Source of the DNA: the human T2T-CHM13v2.0 reference genome, Homo sapiens
Assembly: GCF_009914755.1 (NCBI RefSeq)
Contig: NC_060931.1
Length of the DNA stretch: 64,000 nucleotides
Strand: one strand, 5' to 3'
A program made the position numbers and the translations under genes. The notes beneath the pieces are model-generated. The model did no database searches and had not been told where the DNA came from. It saw only the letters and a program-made list of their open reading frames with translations. Of this stretch, positions 13,092 to 27,105 are shown one piece after another (within the stretch, counting starts at the first letter, position 1; every line of letters starts with the position of its first letter).

Positions 13092-13229
13092 GTAGACCTT
13101 AGAACAGTGAGTTTATGACCTTGAGCAATTCAAGTCTTCACTTATAGGTAGCATTAAAATTGGCTGCTCTGGATTACGTTCAAAGGATTTCCTCAGTCGT
13201 TCTTAACTGGCTAATATCTCCCTACCAAA

Positions 13230-13385
13230 GAAACAGGTAAACATTTGTTAGGACATTTTTGGTTATTAAAATGATAAGAGTGTCCTCCTGGGATTTAGTG
13301 GGTAGAGATGAGAGATGCTAAATGGCCTGAAATGTGTGGGACAGTCTGCATAATAAGTTATTATTCAGCCCAAATGCCAGTAACA
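13230..13385. mobile_element. MER20-like hAT-Charlie fragment
   Basis: gacatttttggttat...tagtgggtagag...gatgctaaa...gacag...cagcccaaatgccagta. Confidence 0.6.
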
Positions 13386-13751
13386 ACCAATTTGACAAAC
13401 TCAAGTAGGCCTTCAGGGTTCTCTAAATATTGTGGTTTAATTTGTGACATCACCTGCAGTCTCTGTCCTACCATAGTAAATTCTGTCTCATATGATCTGT
13501 GTCTTATTTTCTCTTGCCCTCAGGGACTTCACATTCTTATTATAATCATTTTGTTTGATGGCTTCAACCAGTCTCTCTCTATACTTGAACATATTCTAGC
13601 TTTTGTATCTCAAATAATATTCTTATTTAATTCTGTATCCTTCGTCTGTGACTGTCTCTTTCCCCTCATTCACAGCAGGCCATCCCTTGCCACTCTCAGA
13701 ATAGCATATTTATTCATGTAGCTATTGGGGAAGGTATTTCTGTATTATAAT

Positions 13752-13799
13752 GAAAAGAAAGCCAACACCATATATAGTTTCAAAGCACATCATTTTATT
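13752..13799 (-). terminator. TMEM196 cleavage/polyadenylation site
   Basis: Minus-strand AATAAA at 13794-13799, followed about 25 nt later by the GU/U-rich element TGGTGTTGGCTTTCTTTTC. Confidence 0.7.
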
Positions 13800-16534
13800 A
13801 TAGACATGTCAGTAGAGTTATCATTTCCTGTTCCACTTCCAAACCATTGTGTGTGTGTATATACACATATGTGTATGTATATGCATATATATACACACAT
13901 ACACATATATGTTTAAAATTTCCAAAGCGAGCCCAATTTTATTCTTTTATGCTTATAATACTCTACCTATTTGATATGGTCCAAAGTATACCACCACTCC
14001 AGTTTCACATAGTTTTTCTAATTTAGTATCACCTTACTTTCTTCCAAGGGTAGGCTCATACTAAAACTATAAGGTAGTCACTTAAAACATTCCAGCATGT
14101 GGTTCAATGTATTGTCCAAATTAAAGTTTCAAGCACTTGAACAATGTCTTCCTAACATCCCCCACTTATCTAAAAAAGAATCGCCGCACATCCCAAGTAA
14201 ATCATTCTAAACTCAATTCTGAAAATACTAGGTAGAAATAATCATATTTAAAAATATATCTATACTTGGTTAAACATACACTGTAAACTATTTGAATAAT
14301 TGTGATGATGGCATCTCTTTTTAACTATACATCAAAGCAGTGATATGTCTCCTTTTGTCCTTTAATGTGTTATGTTATAGATCAGTTCAAAAGGCATTAC
14401 AACATTTTTCTGATGTATTATAATTTTGTATTGAACAAGCATGTTTATAGAGAAATGCTACTGAAAATTAGAGTCAGTGTTTATTCTTTCAGTACAAAAC
14501 TACATCCTTGCATGAATTCAGGAGGACCATACACACACAAATATCTTCATGATGTAATTTAGATTTTCATTGGCAAAGATCATGCCTGTTTGTGGCATTG
14601 AATGAATAGTTATGATGTTGATTCACTATATGAGGTTGCATTTATGGACAACTTCTGTAATCTACTAGGCAATGAAGTTATCCAAAGGAATTGGGAGACT
14701 TCAAAAAGTGCACCAAACAAGCAGAGTCCAGTTATTTCTGTTGAATAGATGACAGCCAGAATTTTAAGTGAGCTGATTTAAATAGGTTAAACGATGATCA
14801 TGTTGCTATAAAAGACCTTCAAATTTTCATTAACTTGAATGATCATTACTGTGTTAGCACAATTAAAACTCATGTTTTGTTTATAAATTATATTCTCATA
14901 CTGAACAGTAAATATTTTAATTTACCTATGGTTCAACAAGTAACTCATAAAAAATGACTTGAAAATTGATTAGATTTGAGGAAAAAGAAAAGTATACAAT
15001 ATAGTGAGAGTTATGTATTTAAAAATAATAGATTTCTTTGTCTGTTGCCAGAGGTTATATTCTGATAAATATATTCAGATATATGTTGTTTTTTCACTTA
15101 TATGTGTTGTTCTTGTTTGCTATTTTAACATTCCATTATTAGAGGAAAGGATTGAATCTAGCTATACAAATGTTAGCCTATCTTTTCACTTTTTCCTCAA
15201 AGAATTCTTTCAGGATCTTTGGATATAGGCTTTCTTATATATGGACTGCCTATATTATTTCATGAGAATAGTAAAACAAAACACCTAAATTAGATTACAG
15301 CAAAGGTAATTATAACTTCATTGTTGGGGGGTTACATCATCTGCCCTTTTGTATCATTTAACTGGACTGCAAGGTGTTTGAAATATCAATATCATCAATA
15401 ATTTTAAGTCATGATATCTTTATAAATACGGAAGTATGTCATTAAAGTCATGTTCGTTTATAAATTAATTTTAATTGCTATACATAAATACTATAATCAT
15501 AGTGAAATAGTCAAATAAGTAGTCTATCTGTATACTACACTATTCAGATCACTCATCTTCATAAATATCACCCACAATGATATTTACACGAAACCTAATT
15601 AAAAGAAGAAAAATGGGCAATTTTAGTAGAAATTAAACATGTGATTTTGTGGGCATAGAAGGGCCTTGAGCAATTGCCTTCCCATTTCTATTGGAGTAGA
15701 ATCTTAATAATACCCCCACAGCATCACAATTTCTTTTCTAATACCTATTTACATTCATGTATGCTATAATATATGCTGTATACATGTTCTATATTTACAG
15801 TATGTATACACACATTCACACGCATACTTTATTCTTAGGCTCATTCATGAACATGCAGATCAATCTGCACAGTATGATCAAAACATGTTTATTTTCTTAA
15901 ATGATATTCACATATAACTTTTCACTCTTTGTGCAAAAATGCAAAAATACCATATAGATTAGTATTCTCTCTCTCTAAAAAGTCTCTTTTTTATGCTTGA
16001 GGTTTTTTGTCATTTACAAATAAATTATGAAATATATTTCATTCACAAGTTGAAAATAATTACAATGTTTTTATAACAAGGCATTACTGAGGTTTTGAAT
16101 TGTAGCATCCTTGAAGCCATCTGTCTTTCAGAACAAAGACGTCAATAAGTTATTTTTATTTCTTGATATTTGCACTTTTCAATTACTCATATGAAATATG
16201 TCATTACAAATATAATAATCATGCTAGTCAAATAGTGTTTGTATAGAATATGCATTTTATTTCTGTTTTATTATCTCTTTTTCCTGAAAAGTCTTCTTTA
16301 GAACAATCTGGAAAGCCTCTTGAAATTATTGTACTAGAATGTTTCTGGAAAGTTTTTTACCCCATAAAAAAGGGTGGAGAAACCAGTGAGGCAATATATT
16401 TTTTAGGAAGAATAATTTTAGTGGATGCTCAGGAGAGATAAATGCAAATGCAAAAACTGTTTTATTTTCTAGTCCTTTGGTGTCTCATTGCCTCATGAAA
16501 ATCCTAAAAAGTGTTCAATTCTTTAAAACATTGA
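13775..16534 (-). other. TMEM196: TMEM196 3' UTR (about 2.75 kb)
   Basis: Repeat-poor AU-rich stretch from the stop codon to a canonical poly(A) signal. The 3' end is approximate. Confidence 0.7.
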
Positions 16535-16594
16535 TTACACTCTTCCATTAAATATCAGCTGTGGTCCTCCATTGCTCATGTTGTCTGTTATTTC
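16535..16594 (-). CDS. TMEM196: TMEM196 terminal exon, coding part: [19 protein letters not shown] when exon 4 is skipped, (R)K* at 16588-16594 when it is included
   Basis: Acceptor tttttctaacag|GAAATAACAGAC. Phase-0 reading gives 19 aa then TAA at 16535-16537. After exon 4 it reads AG|G AAA TAA. Confidence 0.88.
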   Translation of the reverse strand, partial: [19 protein letters not shown]

Positions 16595-18739
16595 CTGTTA
16601 GAAAAATGACATGATTAATTAAAATTCGCTTTTGGAGTAAGACATTGTTTTGGTTAATGAGTTTGCAAAACAGAAATTTCAATCCATTGAAAAACTTGCT
16701 AAGTTTTGGGGAAAGACAAGGATATTGCTGTTATATTTGAGGAAATAAAATTTCATGGCATCTTGGAGCACATGCAAATGCCAAAGTAAGAGTCAGTTAG
16801 ACCAAAATATTCTCTCCACAACAACGGTCCATTCTCTCCCCACTTTCCTGAGTTTCCTCTTTCTTTCTTCAACTCAATTTTGGAAAGACCTCACCTAGAA
16901 AGAAGAAGATGGTTAAATGCGCAAGTTTTTCTAATGCATAGACTCTGCTGAGCATGTCAACAAAGTGCCAATGCATTCTAGAGGTGACCTTTATTCTACA
17001 GGAAAATGTGTGGCCTTTTTGCTAAGAACAGAAAAAGGCCTACGAGGGCATCATTGCTCATTTGTAACTATGGATCACTAAAAAATCATAGTGGGAAAGA
17101 TTGTTTTTCATGACACTATCACTCTTCCAGTAAGAAGCAAAAACAGTGAAGTCTCTTAACATGTTTTTAATGGATCAATTACTAAAAAGTTAATAAGTAA
17201 AACTATATAGAAAAGCACTGAAAATATAGATGCAAAGGACAAACTAGCATTGAAAGTTTCATTTTCAATTATATGAAATACATTATGAAAAATTTTGATG
17301 CTTTTAATTCATATGTTTTGTTAAATATTAAACCCTTCCCAACACAATAAAAAGTGATAGGATATGAAGCCCATTCATATTTTAATGGTTAGAGCACCAT
17401 AGTAAAATTATGTTGATAAAATTATCTAAAAATAAATTGGCAGCATCTTTCCATGCTTGAACAAGCCTATTTGCAACAGAGCAGAAAAAAAAAATTAGAA
17501 GTGGAAATTATTTTCTCAATTATTTTATTTCTATATCTATTTCTATCTAGCTCTGTTTGGAGAATCTGCTAGAGATGTACATGGTGAAAGTCTCCTAGAG
17601 AGGTATGTGATGAAAAATCTGAAAATATATTAGGGTTATGTGCTGGAGTTAAGTTTATAGCTCAGAAATCTGATTTGAGGCTTCATTGAGGAACTCACCA
17701 TTGATGGCAAAATAGGTAGAATCACCCCCCACCCCCAATGATCTTGAACAAAATTTAGTTTTCCTGTTTTACCTACTAGGAGAAAAATCAAATTTCTAAT
17801 AAATTTACATAAACCCGTTAGGTGCCTTTTCTCCTTCTACAATGACTTTCCACTCAAAAACTGCTTAGAAATGATAAAAAGTGAATCTGTTATATTAACC
17901 TTTTATTGCAGAATTTAGTAAAACAATTTTTTAAAATTTTACAAAAAAAGAATTTTCTTAACTGAATTCACTCTACCATAAACACAGTAAAATCACTGAT
18001 AGGAAAGAAGAGTGAAAATTCGTTTTAAAATGAGTGAGTCTCCAGTTTGCAAAAAAATTTGCAAATAGGCATGCTTAATTTAATAGGAAGATTGTGGTTT
18101 AAATTTGGGCTGGACCAATGTGACTATTTGCAAATGGGCTTTCTGCAAATGGGCCGTAGTATCCATGTGACTTTCTGTCTGTCCAATTACTTTGTTTGAG
18201 CAAACCAAGAACCATTACTATTTATTTTTAGCAATTTGAAACGTGGGAACTAAATTTAAAATGTATCACATAAGATAATTTTACAAGAAGAATCTTTTCA
18301 TACCAAAATTTTACTGTATTAGTGTCCAACTTTGGCCATCTTCTCACGCAATTTTAGCATGAGGAAAATACACAGTTTGTCTTTATCCAGACATATCTAT
18401 TATTAAAAACAAAACTCTGGCCCATGAATGATTATACTGAGTCAGAACCATGAAGTAGCAGACAATAAAAGGAGTCATGAATCATCCAAGCAGAAATGTG
18501 TTTGGATGCTTATAGGCGGGCTGAGTATTTTACATACTCAACCAACTTTCAAGCTGCAAGACTCGGCCATGTAGGTTTATGTCAGCTCTGCAAAGTAAGC
18601 GCTTACGAAAGCGATACTTTGAGAAACAACATTAAACAACATCAGTTCAGACTGATCTGTTGACATCATGGCTTTCTGGAAGGGGAAGTGCTTTCTGCAG
18701 CGACATTACAACATGGTAACTCCCTAGAAATCAGCGTAC

Positions 18740-18813
18740 CTTGTAGGTAACTCTGGTGTCGGGGGCACCACCGGGCAGCTGGGCAAGTCGGTTATTTCAA
18801 TAGCCCTCAATCT
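18740..18813 (-). CDS. TMEM196: TMEM196 74-nt cassette exon (exon 4), RLRAIEITDLPSCPVVPPTPELPT(R)
   Basis: GC/CpG-richer island in AT-rich intron, acceptor tttacattag|, donor AAG|gtacgc. Open in phase 0 after exon 3 and ends in phase 2. Confidence 0.85.
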
Positions 18814-19972
18814 CTAATGTAAATATAACAATCATACAATAAATATTGCACAAATATATACAGAAAACTAAATCAGACTAGTATAAAATAAAGCACAAAA
18901 GAGCCACTATTCATATATACATATAAAATGGTCATCTATTTTTAACAATCATTTCTTTAAATTACTGGAGTCTTGCTATGTATATTATTAACTGTTTCAT
19001 GAAGGACATGCATAGCTGTGTTTAAAATTGCTTTCTTGAGTCAATTTGAGAACACTTGCTCTCCTTATTTGAATGTATAGATTGTACACAAAATGGAAAC
19101 GCTACAGAATAAATATTTTTCCTTCAAAATAACATTATAAAGAGATGTGCAGTAAGTCTTGCTATTATCACTTCTCCTCTGTGCTTATGCAATTTTATTT
19201 CATGATATGAAGCAAAATATAATGTGGCCATTACCTTAGTGAGTTTATTTTACAAATGTTTCCTCTCTTCTCTACTAGATCCAGTAGGAGAAACCAAATT
19301 AAGGAATATGTGCAAAATGTAATAGAAACACAGACATCATACTATACCATTTGTCCTTTTATACAATTAATTTAACTTCCTATTTATATGGGTTTCATGA
19401 AACAATTATGCAAGGACAACTGTTTAAAATACAGGCAAAGCTCTCCAAATATGCATAAGTTTAGATGAGAATTAAATGAAGCTTTATATGGACTGTAATA
19501 TCTGCACTGATAGACAAGGCTTTTTGTCACCTTATTAAAAAGCCCCTTTATACTTGAAGATCAAATTTACATAATCAAATGCATCTCCTTAATAGAACAA
19601 GGGAAGAGCTAGAAAAGGGAATTCATGCAATTTCTAAAACTGGCATTATTGAGTGGAGAGTGTATTTAGTATCTGTGTTTTTCCTCAGTATAATACATAA
19701 AAATCCATATTTATAGGGTATTCAATATTTTATGAAATACTATTTTAAGCACTGTGTTTTTGAATAGACAGACTACAAAATTTTGTTGAAAATAGGTGTA
19801 CCCATGAATTGCAGAGAAAAATAAAATAAAATTTCTATTCTTAACCCAATAGAGCCAAATGTATAAAATCTGATTCCTCAAATTGTGATCTAAAGTTTCA
19901 AGTTGATTCACCCAGAGTGGACTTCAGTCTTCATCATGTGCTAGCAGTGAGAGGAAAAGGTACAAAACTCAC

Positions 19973-20227
19973 TTTCTCAGCCATTTCATGAGAGTGATGC
20001 AGGGAATGCTCCCTTTCTGAGAACATCCTCCTCTGTTCATAACTGGCTAGTCGACAAGTGAGCCAGGAAGAGAGAGTGCAGCCCCCGATCCCAATGCACG
20101 CGAGAGACATGGAGGCAAGGTGCAGTGGGTATAGGGAGGAAGTTTTCTTTGTGACTGCCCGGAGGAACTGAAAATTCAGGATGCCCCCAATAAGTCCACA
20201 GATACAGCAGGCTGAAAAGAGGATCAT
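19973..20227 (-). CDS. TMEM196: TMEM196 internal coding exon (exon 3), [15 protein letters not shown]...HHSHEMAEK
   Basis: 255 nt with acceptor ctttttcttatcag| and donor AAA|gtgagt. It encodes two hydrophobic segments plus a His-rich tail and matches recalled TMEM196. Confidence 0.95.
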
Positions 20228-23200
20228 CTGATAAGAAAAAGAAAGGCAGCGTTAAAGTTGAAAAGGCAAACCTGACCAGAACACAGTTGCCCTGTCCGGC
20301 TGCATGTCAAGGATGACTAGCCTACAATAAAGAAGAATAAGCGGTTTTGGTGCTTCACAGAGGACAGGAGATTTTTTTTTTACATTTTATTTTTGCCAAG
20401 TTTCTATTCACTCTGACTCACAGTAGACAGAGGGAGTATACCACAGTGTTTCAGAAATTGATAGCTGACTATATTAAAGCCAAGGATATAGCTTATGAAA
20501 ACTCTGAAGCAAACAAAATTTATCGTCTAGGTAGATTCAGATTTAAATATTTATTTAACATCTACCGTGTGCTACCATGCTAGGAACTTTAACAAATATC
20601 ATCTCAATTGACACTCCCAGCAAGCCTCTGAGATAGTAACATACGTTTTAGAAAAATGAATGGTCAATAGCTAACACTAAATTTAGGCACCAAACCCAGA
20701 TTTTTCTGATTCCAAATCTACTTTCACTGTGTCAGTCCTTCAAAAATATCTCAATAGCTTCTCTTTGGATTGTCATTAGTTCCACCTAACTTCAAATCTT
20801 TATATCTTCCTACCTATGTGAGCTTAGGAAATTTAGTTAAATCTCTTTTTTTAAAAAAAAGTTCACTCATATTTCATTGTGCATGTATTTCCTAAGCAAG
20901 TACTTTAGGGACTCCTATGAACTGACCCCTATATATTACAAATATTTTATTACTTTGTGGCACTATCATCATTGAAGAATATACAATAGGCGTTCCAAAA
21001 ATACTGTTCGTTTGTTCGTTTTAGAGAAACAGATGATGTGGCTTTGCTTTTGGTCCTACTATTGGTTGAATCTCGGTGTCTATTAATAGAGCTAGGGGGG
21101 TTTAATCAACAACTATCATAGGATCCCTGGCAGAACCAAGAATAATGCTTTCTGAGAAGTAAGTACTTTGTGAATATTTAATAAATTTAATTAACTAGTC
21201 AAATAACTTTAATAATTATATTTTCTTTTTGCATCTGGTCTAAATTCTTCTATGGGCTTTCATGATACTTTATACTATGATACTAATTGAATTATGCAAT
21301 CTAATTTCCATTCTTCTCGGGAACACAGACTTATTCCAGTCACCTCTCTTGTCCTTCAATATGGGTTACTCATTCCCACATCAGTGACATTTTTCATTTC
21401 CTGGAAATAATTTTGCTTCTTCCTTAGACTCATGGATGAAAGGCACAAATTAAGTCCTAACTTGGACTTTATTGATCTCCTCCTTTGTTGTAATTCCCCA
21501 GGTCAAACAGCTTTGTAACTCACTTTAACATTTAATTTTATTTTATCAGATATTATTTTTCATTGACGGTTGAGTTTAGCCTGCACTTATTGAGCACTTA
21601 GCATCTGTTAGCCCCTGAGTGCAGCAGCTGCTGGCATTACAATCAATCATTCATAATAATTCCTCTTGAGAATAGTTAAATCTTGTGAAAGAGAAGATCC
21701 AGAATTTTAACATGGCATGATAAGTATTAAGAAAGGGATACATGGGTTGCCCTAGGAGTAGGGAGGAGAAGAATTTAGCCCAGCCAAGATTTTTGGAGAA
21801 GGCTTTCTTGAGAATATGTCAGGTCAGTAACTACAAGTAGTTAATTTCATTTCTTCAACTTAATTCAGCATTCCTTATTGCATCTGTAAATATCATCAGA
21901 GCTAAAAATCCAATAATGAACGGGTAAAATCTTTTTATACTTGATTAAATATAATACTGAAGATCAGTTACCAAATAATTAAATCATCCTACTAAGTGTA
22001 AACTTGTAGCTCAAGATGCCTAGTAGAATTAACCAATTATATTTTATTTTAAAGTAGATTTGGATGTCATGCTGTTCTTTGGGGATATATTTTGGTGTTT
22101 ACTCATTCTCTGAAAATACGGAAAGATATTAAAATCTAGCTTCAAATAATTAATTATTGTTATAGAGAAAGCAGACAATACCTTTAGTTTTCTGTTACAG
22201 GAAAGCCCATGTCTTTGCTGATGTCATTCTGATTAATTCTTTAAAGGCATGACACCTCATTAACATGTGTTAACAAAACAATCTTATCCAGGAATTAAAA
22301 TGTTTAAATCTGTAACCATATACTATTTTCAAATTTCACCAGGTTGGAGACTCTAGACTGCAGATATATTTGGAGTGAAATTTTTTTTTAATTTCATTAA
22401 AATGTAGAAAATATTGATAGTTAAATGCCATCAATGGGGACCTTAGAAAGTACACAGGATAATGTACCTTCTAATAGTAGGTACAGCTACCACCTGGGCG
22501 GTAGTTTCTTAAAAAAATCAGATTTCATCATTTTTTTCCTTGTAATTTATAAGAGAAAGACAGAGAAGTGCCACTATTGCCTTTGTATAAAACAACAACA
22601 ACAAAAAGCCTCTTCCTTCCTTTTTTATTTTTTCCTTCCCTCCCTCCTCTTTCTTTCTCTCTCTCTTTTTTCTCTTTCTCTTTCCTTTTGTCATGCTTCC
22701 TTGCTTGTTTACTTGCTTTCTCCCAAGGATTTGTTCCTACATAGTCATAAAGAGTCTTCGTAGAGGAAGGGCATAAGGAGAATGAAGACCATGTGTAAAA
22801 AATGATGGGAGAATCATAAATGCAAGTTACAAGCCTGAAAAAATACATTTTTTTCTAAAGGTTTCATTTTTCCCTTTATGTAATTTTTAAAAATTACATC
22901 TAAAATTGCTGTCTAAAGCAGTGAGGGCTTTAGCCTTTTTGCCATAATAGATGTTCTCACGAAGAAAGATGTGATTAGAAAAAGGGGTCAAATAAAAATA
23001 ACTGCAATGCTTCCCATTCCCTGATCTGCTCAGATAACTGGCCTCACCTTGGAAAACTCTCTTTAGGCTCAAAGGGTACTTCCTAGGGTCCCTGTGTAGT
23101 ATTAATTTTGCCAATTTGTGTCTATGTTCTTTCCCATAATACTTGGTAAAATAAACCACACTTTTTCCTTATTTCCAAACCCTTATGAAAAATCATGAAA

Positions 23201-23841
23201 GGCGATGGGGAATCCACACTTCAGCATGCAGTGTGGCTCATCCAGCCAATATCAGAGCTAACTGGGAGTGTGTTCCATACCCCAGAAACCCACTATAGTA
23301 CCACAAAACATCTGAAAACACTTATGTGTGCATTCACAGTAATAAAAGAAAATAAAATAAATCTCTGAGAATTAAACTGTAACCATAGCAACACAGCTGT
23401 CTTGCTGCTTCGCAAAACTTGCTTCACAGTCAAAGAAAGCCAATAATCCTTAGGCCCAGTTCCATATTTAAATGGTTACATTTCTCATGGGCTGAAGCTT
23501 TATCTACTTGAGCTTACTGAAGGATTCAGGCGATTGTCTGGCAGTCTCCAGATTGGAAAACTAGAGACTGTCATCCGTAGCAGTCATTAAAGGTTGCATA
23601 TTCAGATATTTAAAGAGTTTATTAAAGTTTTTTTACATCGGTGGGCTTTTGTCATAGTTTCTAATAATTTTGATGGTTTTCTTTGAAAACAGAAAAGGCA
23701 GGATTTATTTGTCAGGTTTTTTTTTTTTTTGCCTCAAACTAGCAATATTCAGTATATGAAAGCTGGCTAGCCATCATTTCTATTTTAGAATTTTACATTT
23801 CATACACCTCAATGCACAATACAAACAAATCAAACACTTAC

Positions 23842-23898
23842 GACAAGTCCTGATTTTTTTTTGGCACACAATATTCCACAAATGCCACAAAGAAGAAA
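23842..23898 (-). CDS. TMEM196: TMEM196 internal coding exon (exon 2), FLLCGICGILCAKKKSGLV
   Basis: 57 nt with acceptor tttccttttcag| and donor GTC|gtaagt, phase 0/0. The hydrophobic Cys-rich peptide joins in frame to the next exon. Confidence 0.93.
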
Positions 23899-24434
23899 CT
23901 GAAAAGGAAAAGAAGAACAATTACTCCTTATCCAAAGACACGAGGACCCCTAGATTTTAGCTTGTAGTTCACTCATGACACTTTCTCCAGGGAAGATAGA
24001 ACATTTTAAATTTCCTTCAAAACCTGGAGAGGATAAGATCTCATTCTAGAATAGTAAAGGATAAAAGTATAAACCCTAATAAAAATTTATTTTTTGCTAG
24101 ATTGTTAGAGGTAATTGAATCAGTTTTAGCATCAGGTAAAATTATTAAGTAAATGAATTTAGAGCTTTGTTTCTCCCATTTCTTTTCACCGTCTGATTCC
24201 TTTCTACTTTCTCAGGGAGAAAAGTGGTGTGATACATTCATTCACACTTAACAACTAGAAATCAGTAAGTTATACTACAGGAAAGAATCTGCACAAATCA
24301 AAAGATAATGCATCAGACAAGGAGATGATTCTCTATAGAGATACTCTTTGTACCACTCCAATTGGTACAATGACAACCTCCTTATTCTACAAGAAACTGG
24401 CCTTATGGATATGTCAGAAGAACACAAAGAGATA

Positions 24435-24822
<388 letters not shown>

Positions 24823-25049
24823 TCAGATTATCTACCAAGGAGAGACTATTAGATATTTTAGTAATCATAAAATGATAAATAGTTTAATTTGAATAGAAAC
24901 AGTTCCATTTGAATGCAAGTTTTCACATACTTCTAACTTGAAATAGCTATATAAAATATTCATTAAGAAGTAAGAAGTCCACTAAAGGACTTCAGATTTG
25001 TAAAGAAAATTTTTATTCGCAAAGAGAACTAGTTTTCATTGTTGTCGTT

Positions 25050-25700
25050 GTTGTTTAATTATCTGAAGTCAGAACTAACAATATAGCTTGTTTCACTAAA
25101 TATTTGACACCTGGATAGATTTATCTCCAAATACATATCAAAATATACTAAGGATTATCTGAGATAATATGCATGTGAGAAGTACCAAGAAAATCTGTTA
25201 AAAAGCAATAAGTAAGGGAAGTTGTTGCAAAGAAACTTTTCCTATAAGGGAGCAGAATGATTATTATGCAGGCAGTGGGGCAGCAAGAAGAAATAGGGAA
25301 CACAGAATATATAAGAATTTGGTATATAATTTAGATGACCTTTCATATTAATGGAAAGGAAAGGATTATTTGCCCAATAAATAGAGCTAGAATAATGTGT
25401 TAACGTTCCCTAACATACACCAAAATTAATGTAAAATTGAGTATTTATACAAAAATGCTTAAATGCATTGGGAGACAACAAAGTTAAATATTTATATAAT
25501 TTTAGAGGACTGGAAAGGATTTTCTAAATGTAGCACCAAAGTAATAAACCAAAGTAGAAAGTATTTATTAATAGAAAAAATTTAATTTTGATGGTCAAAA
25601 ACATAACACTCAAAGGCAAAAAATGTTGGGATTATATTCGGAAAGTATATGATAGCCAAATAGTTAACATACTTTAGAAATAGATCTAATAAAATATTTT
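25050..25700 (+). mobile_element. Highly degraded L1M ORF2-region fragment
   Basis: A-rich strand bias with remnant L1 motifs (atacaccaaaattaat..., ggaaaggattttctaaatg). Confidence 0.45.
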
Positions 25701-26751
25701 TAGTATTATAAAACCATGAGAAGATAGAAACTCAGAACTTTATAAAACCTGAATACTTGCATAATTTTCAGTAGCCTTAAAAAGCTATTTCAGAGTGACC
25801 GTTTCTCACCACCCACTGTGTCCTAAGTGTAGATGATCATGTCCTCTTATGGACTCTTTCTGTTACTAATTTCATCTCACATTTTTGAAGGCAGTGCTCA
25901 AGAAATTCCAGTTTGGACCAATTCTGTACCTTTCAGTGCTTCAAGCTTCAGATCAAAGCTCAAGCATACTCTTCTCCTTAAGTTTCCCTGACTACCCCAT
26001 TTTCATCCTGAAAGTCCCATTTATCCAGAACTCATTCGAAAAGAATTTGAAAGCAGTGTAGTTTTGTGTTCCTTGCATCTGTTTTGAAATCTGTAAACAC
26101 TGCCATTATTCATTTACAGTAAAGCCCAAGAGGTGGTCAGGAGCATAAGCAGAGTTCTCCATCCAACCATTTGGTTAGAACATCTAGGTGGCAATAAATT
26201 TGCTATTTTGTATTATCTCACTTCAATTGGATGGAGCTAAGAAATGTGAATTCAAGGATTGGGAGAGGGAAGGGAGAGTAGGGGAGGAATCAATCAATAT
26301 TTTTTCTACTTTCAGCAGATGAATGTAAATACTCTCCAACTGTTACTTCTGTTAGAGTATCCAAAATCACATGTCCTAGAGAAAAGCTGTAACCTGAGAA
26401 AAAGTGGACACATGTAACAGGAAGTATATGAAATCATGGGATTTATGAGGAGGATCTAAAAGATCTTGGTTGAAATTTAGCCACCACAGTTTATAGAAAA
26501 GAGAAAAAGAGGCCCCCAAAGTAGTAAACTGATATTTTATTTCATTGGCTATCTTTATTTACCACAAGTCATAATACTGGAAGAGATCTTAAAAGATGAT
26601 TTAATTAATCCCTCGAAGTTTACACGTGGGGACATGGTCCAGAGAGGTCCAGAGAGTTAGTGACTTGCTCAAGGTAACACATCAAGGTCAGAAATCACAC
26701 ATCTAATTTAAGACTTTATTAAGTGTCTAAATTAATTTGTTTTTAATAATG

Positions 26752-27105
<354 letters not shown>

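Noticed and set aside
19934-19972. C-terminal extension [12 protein letters not shown] of the 97-aa ORF
   Set aside because: It lies beyond a consensus donor (AAA|gtgagt) and is intronic read-through.
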